Part shown: positions 60,185-64,000 of the stretch, in pieces
Numbering within the stretch: position 1 is the stretch's first letter
Layout of the letters: every line of letters begins with the position of its first letter
Assembly (NCBI GenBank): GCA_038918635.1
Contig: JBCKZY010000001.1
Location: forward strand, 12,050 to 76,049
Reading direction: 5' to 3'
DNA: 64,000 bases
From: Thermodesulfovibrionia bacterium
GTDB lineage: Bacteria > Nitrospirota > Thermodesulfovibrionia > UBA6902
Program-made: the position numbers and the translations under genes
The notes under the pieces: model-generated
Databases searched by the model: none
What the model saw: only the letters and a program-made list of their open reading frames with translations
What the model was told of the DNA's origin: nothing

Positions 60185-60835
60185 CTAGTCCTTTAAGGAA
60201 TTCTCCATGGCTTTACCTGCCTCTTCAGGGCTCATTTCTTCTCCGCCCTGTTGGAATTGCTGCTGCCAATTGCCAGCATTTTCCTGCATATGGCGTCCTG
60301 CTTTTTCGCCCCCCATAGCCATCATGGCCAGGACCAAACCAATTACACCGAATACCGCCCAAGAAGCTTTTGTACTGCGAGCATGGACATTGATCGAGGC
60401 CAGGGCAAAAAGAGCCATGGGCCAGACGGCGCCGACGATGGCTCCCAGGTAGGGGATAATGTTCAGAACAGCGGCAACGGGAGCATAGGCATAGGAATAT
60501 GCCATACAGCGATAGGCGGTCTCAAAGTTCTCTTCGGAGCCCATGATTTTCCATATCACAAACAGTATTGCTGCCCCGACAAAGCCGAAGATCGCAGCCA
60601 TGATCGGAAAAATGATAATCCCCATAAAACCCATAGCCATCATACCGAAGGTGCCGAATCCCAGCATCCCTATCACAGCCATAACTACAGCGGTGGCCAG
60701 AGCCATAGCCACCATGAAAACCAGCGGAGCGACATAACCGCCTTCCTTGGGCATATTCTTGAAAAAATCAGCCGGTTTGGTGAGCACTGCCACCATATCA
60801 GTGACGATTGAGCCAAAAAGATCTTCGTTTGCCAT
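60185..60835 (-). CDS. Yip1-domain membrane protein
   Basis: N-terminal FFKNMPKEGGYVAPLVF, then 5 hydrophobic helices, then a Gln/Glu-rich tail. Confidence 0.6.
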   Translation of the reverse strand: MANEDLFGSIVTDMVAVLTKPADFFKNMPKEGGYVAPLVFMVAMALATAVVMAVIGMLGFGTFGMMAMGFMGIIIFPIMAAIFGFVGAAILFVIWKIMGSEENFETAYRCMAYSYAYAPVAAVLNIIPYLGAIVGAVWPMALFALASINVHARSTKASWAVFGVIGLVLAMMAMGGEKAGRHMQENAGNWQQQFQQGGEEMSPEEAGKAMENSLKD

Positions 60836-61041
60836 TTTTCCCTCCTTGATAATTTTTTAAAGCTGTCAGTGTTTATGTTTATTTGTTGATGGTCAATTAC
60901 CCTTAATATTGATCAGGCCGTAACAATTATGTTTCTTCTTGCAAAATAGGATGTCCTGAGGTAATTATTCCTCTCTGGATGTCTAAGTTCTTCACCCGTA
61001 TCGTAGCGTATGGAGCAACTTAGCACTCCTGTTCCAGCAGC

Positions 61042-61668
61042 CTAGTCCGTATACTTACCTGTTACAAGATCATTATGGTGTACCATTCCTATCGCGTGTC
61101 CGATTTCATGTACAACGGCAGCTCCCAGCAACCCCCCGACAACCCTGTTGGTAAAGCTTTCCAACCCTAATGCCTTATAGTTTCTTGTAATAAGCCGGGT
61201 AATCCCCTCGGGATAAACAGACACCTTGTAGGTATCTCTCAAGGGAAAAGAAAGGTATCGACCGATCTTGATAGGCCCTGGAAGTTTCCAGTTATAACCA
61301 TTACTGTCCGGGGCGCCCGGGCCAGGGAATGAACCATCATTTTGGAGATATATGGCAAATTGCTTTTGAGAGGAATGCTTATCGCTGGTATTAAAATTAA
61401 CCCAGCGCTTAATGGAATCTAGATGGAGCTTTCCAGTATCTTTCATCATGGAAGGATCAATAAGATGCCAATTTAGATCAGCCGGGTTGAACGGTTTGTA
61501 CCAAAGATTAAATAACCCGTCCCTGACCTCTCTGAGCCTGCCGCCAAATATAATTAAGCCACCTATCCCCTGTTCAACAAGTGACCTGTAATAGTCAAAC
61601 TTATTTAAGATATCCACGCCGTTGAGCCGGGCAATTATTAACTGGGCTATCTTTATCTTGTTATCCAT
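61042..61668 (-). CDS. Metzincin-motif zinc peptidase fragment or chimera (HEIGHAIGMVH near the C-terminus)
   Basis: An exact HExxHxxGxxH sits 11 aa from the stop, so there is no room for a Met-turn. The first ~45 aa (KIAQLIIARLNG...GIGGLIIFGG) resemble the N-terminus of GH3/NagZ-type proteins. No signal peptide. Confidence 0.45.
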   Translation of the reverse strand: MDNKIKIAQLIIARLNGVDILNKFDYYRSLVEQGIGGLIIFGGRLREVRDGLFNLWYKPFNPADLNWHLIDPSMMKDTGKLHLDSIKRWVNFNTSDKHSSQKQFAIYLQNDGSFPGPGAPDSNGYNWKLPGPIKIGRYLSFPLRDTYKVSVYPEGITRLITRNYKALGLESFTNRVVGGLLGAAVVHEIGHAIGMVHHNDLVTGKYTD

Positions 61669-61721
61669 GAGGATAAAGTAGCATCAGGGTCGGGGTATTG
61701 TCAAAAAAGATAATTCGCCAC

Positions 61722-61767
61722 AGACCCGCTTCGCCGAAGCGAGGCGAGCTTACACAGACTTTTAACA
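61722..61767 (+). repeat. gccacaga...cacagactt word interrupted by the 27-bp mini-palindrome cccgcttcgccgaagcgaggcgagct
   Basis: The same insertion point within the word as at 32412-32455. Stand-alone mini-palindrome at about 31668-31693. Confidence 0.8.
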
Positions 61768-62029
61768 TAGAGGTGAAGAAAGAATAAAATAAAAAAGGTT
61801 TAGCCGCTCTGCTCTATGCATCATGGACAAACCTGCCTGCTCATGAATCGTAGGCCGGCAGGCAAAGATTTAAGGGTTCCAGGTTTCGAGGATTTTGATG
61901 GTTAGTTATTTTATGTGTTTTCCACTAGAGTCCCTGTCTGGGTTATAATTAAAGCTCATAAGAAAATAGTGTGAAAAGACTCCTCAACCCGTTGTGGAGA
62001 TCCTTCCCAGCCATCAAATTTGCCATGTA

Positions 62030-63781
62030 TCACTCACTACATTGATCATAAGGCATCAGCGGTTTCAAGAACTCGACATTAACGAAGCCGGTTTCGTCAA
62101 TCGGTGTCGAAGACCCCATACAGGTTACATTGCCGGTGCGGCCAATCTGAATAATTCTCACGTTCTGGGTCTGATCGTTGAGGGTAAAGGAGAATGTTCT
62201 GTTGTAAGTTACGTTACAGGTAATTGTCTGGCCTTGGGCTGTAATGGATTGCGTACCAGTCATCACAGAAGTCGCTTCCACATAACGTTTGCTTTCAGTG
62301 TCTGCTTCTGCCGGAAATTCAAAACTGATTGGGCCGCTCATATCGAAGGTGATTTGGGCCTGTTCGACGTTAGAGGTCCCAAGCAGGTAAAGATCCCCAG
62401 CCCACGGCCCGGAAGGATAGTTGCAGGTCGATATAAGCGCGCTGTCTCTCACCCCGGAGGGATATATTGCTTCCCGGTCCCATGAAAAATACTGCCCCGG
62501 CGCATCATGCCATACCATCGACATGGTGACGCTGTCGGTTTTTCTATTGAAGATTTCCTGCAAGGCACCGCCAATACTAAAATAATTTCCCAAAGCCTGT
62601 TGGATGTTGTAGGTGGCGGTAACGGTGTTAAACTCCATTTCAAGAGAACCTACGCCGTCGGCAGCCTCAATCTTAGCCGTGAACTCTTGCGAAGTCGCTC
62701 CGTCGCTCTCTGTGATTGAAAAAGCACCGCCCGGTTTCATTCTGCCATGGGCCGGTACTAGAGAGGTGGGTATATCCCAATCCACCCGCATCGGTGAAAT
62801 AGGACCATCTTTGGGTAAAGAAATACCAGCCATTTTTCCGCACTCAATAACCTCATCAGGAAAATCAAACACAAATTTGGCCGTGGCGGTAAATACTACA
62901 GAGTCGCCGGTCTTCCCATCGTGCCCTTCATGGGCATCCTGCTGGGAAAGAGTAAGCGATGTCTCGACGCCGACCTGAAGAATTGCTGAATGGATCAAGT
63001 CCAATATGCTGACGGGTTGGGATAAATTATCCGCCAAACCTCTCGCGTTATTCACGAGCCCCCAAAGAGGGCTGGACTTTATCTTGGATAGGACATTGTC
63101 ACAAACGCTCGCCGACGGGCGTATCAAATTTGGTTCCACAACAAGACGTTGACTGGTTGCATTCCCGTTGGGCGGAATGAAGGTATCAAGGATGAGAAGC
63201 CATTCCTGTAGCGGCGTTATCGATGGATCGCCTGTAAAATCGAGCCCCATGGCACTCAAAAGGCTTGGCAAAAAATCGCCTGAATTGGCGTCGTAGGTGT
63301 CTTTGTATAAGGCAAGAAGCGCTTCCTGGGAATCCAGGTCTGACGGCAGCCCCCAGGCAGCGAGCATGGTATAATAATCTGTGAATGGATAGGGTGTTTC
63401 CGTTGCCATTCTCACTAATAGCGGAACCTCGAAATCATACAGCCAGAAATCGTCCTCACCGGTCTCAGAGCCGTCCATCACATGTTCGCCGGAAGCCGTG
63501 TATACCCCGACCCCAAGCTGGTTTAAAAGCGACCACACCCCAAGATTGGCGGTGGAAGAATCTGCAAGAGCAGTGACTATCTCATTGGTATCACTTAACA
63601 AATTAGCTGGCGCCGTCTTTGTTCCTTGAGTTGTTGATTCATCACCGGGAGTAGAGGTGTCTGGAGGAGAAGGGTTATCGGGGTTGCTGGGGGTTGTATC
63701 TCCGCCGCCACCGCAGGAAGGGAGGTATAAAAGAGAAAAAATGACGCACAGTGCAATTGCTAAGGTGGAAAGCTTTTTCAT
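62030..63781 (-). CDS. Large probable lipoprotein, function unknown
   Basis: Signal sequence + LLYLPSCGGGG, a Pro/Ser/Thr-rich linker, then 520 aa with no motif I recognise. Confidence 0.6.
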   Translation of the reverse strand: MKKLSTLAIALCVIFSLLYLPSCGGGGDTTPSNPDNPSPPDTSTPGDESTTQGTKTAPANLLSDTNEIVTALADSSTANLGVWSLLNQLGVGVYTASGEHVMDGSETGEDDFWLYDFEVPLLVRMATETPYPFTDYYTMLAAWGLPSDLDSQEALLALYKDTYDANSGDFLPSLLSAMGLDFTGDPSITPLQEWLLILDTFIPPNGNATSQRLVVEPNLIRPSASVCDNVLSKIKSSPLWGLVNNARGLADNLSQPVSILDLIHSAILQVGVETSLTLSQQDAHEGHDGKTGDSVVFTATAKFVFDFPDEVIECGKMAGISLPKDGPISPMRVDWDIPTSLVPAHGRMKPGGAFSITESDGATSQEFTAKIEAADGVGSLEMEFNTVTATYNIQQALGNYFSIGGALQEIFNRKTDSVTMSMVWHDAPGQYFSWDREAIYPSGVRDSALISTCNYPSGPWAGDLYLLGTSNVEQAQITFDMSGPISFEFPAEADTESKRYVEATSVMTGTQSITAQGQTITCNVTYNRTFSFTLNDQTQNVRIIQIGRTGNVTCMGSSTPIDETGFVNVEFLKPLMPYDQCSE

Positions 63782-63964
63782 ACTATCGTCTCCTATTCAA
63801 TTTCTGTAAACAGAGGTGGCCCCGATTTGTAGGAAAGGCAAGCAAAGAAAACTGGGGAACTTCCGTATGATTTTGCCGGCAATATATCTCTGACTGGTGT
63901 TACCAGGCTGAAGTGAATCCTTATTAATATGCATTATTCGGTGTTTTGTTGTCAAGACGCAAAC

Positions 63965-64000
63965 TGATAAGAAATCGCTTTTCAGGATTATTTAAATTTT
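63965..64000 (-). mobile_element. Terminus of a third IS91-like element copy (runs off the window)
   Basis: tgataagaaatcgcttttcaggattatttaaatttt differs from 2911-2946 at one position. Confidence 0.65.

Overview
A 64-kb stretch of bacterial chromosome. I cannot assign a taxon from sequence alone; gene content and codon style suggest an uncultured anaerobe, roughly 45% GC by eye. There are four main blocks. (1) 1-4500: two readable copies of a degenerate IS91-family-like element bracket a truncated patatin gene and a B12-binding radical SAM gene. The end of a third copy sits at 63965-64000. (2) 4600-17400 and 33600-58700: ordinary housekeeping genes (rlmD-like, ndk, mdh, NAD-IDH, ubiX, eda, recQ, lepA-lepB-ribE-ribBA-ribH-nusB-purB, serC, serA, purA). 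(3) 17740-33447, minus strand: a 15-gene dedicated type II FAS/PKS-like lipid cluster. It holds four KS paralogues (two canonical, one CLF-like, one Cys->Ser), two hot-dog dehydratases, a KR, a FabL-like SDR, its own AcpS, an ACP-zinc-ribbon fusion, an LpxL-type acyltransferase, a condensation-like protein, a lipase-like lipoprotein and an ICMT-type methyltransferase. It resembles aryl-polyene-type clusters but lacks their priming and export genes and has parts they do not carry. This is my best candidate for an undescribed system. (4) 58994-64000: tRNA-Lys and tRNA-Glu, then three tandem pseudo 3'-halves of tRNA-Glu, each with its own terminator, then a small accessory island (IS3 remnant, Yip1 protein, chimeric metzincin, large orphan lipoprotein). 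Almost every intergenic region is built from a limited set of modular palindromic or MITE-like repeat families, several nested in one another. One is caught as a filled versus empty site inside the IS copies. All calls come from reading the ORF translations and the DNA by eye; no database search was run.
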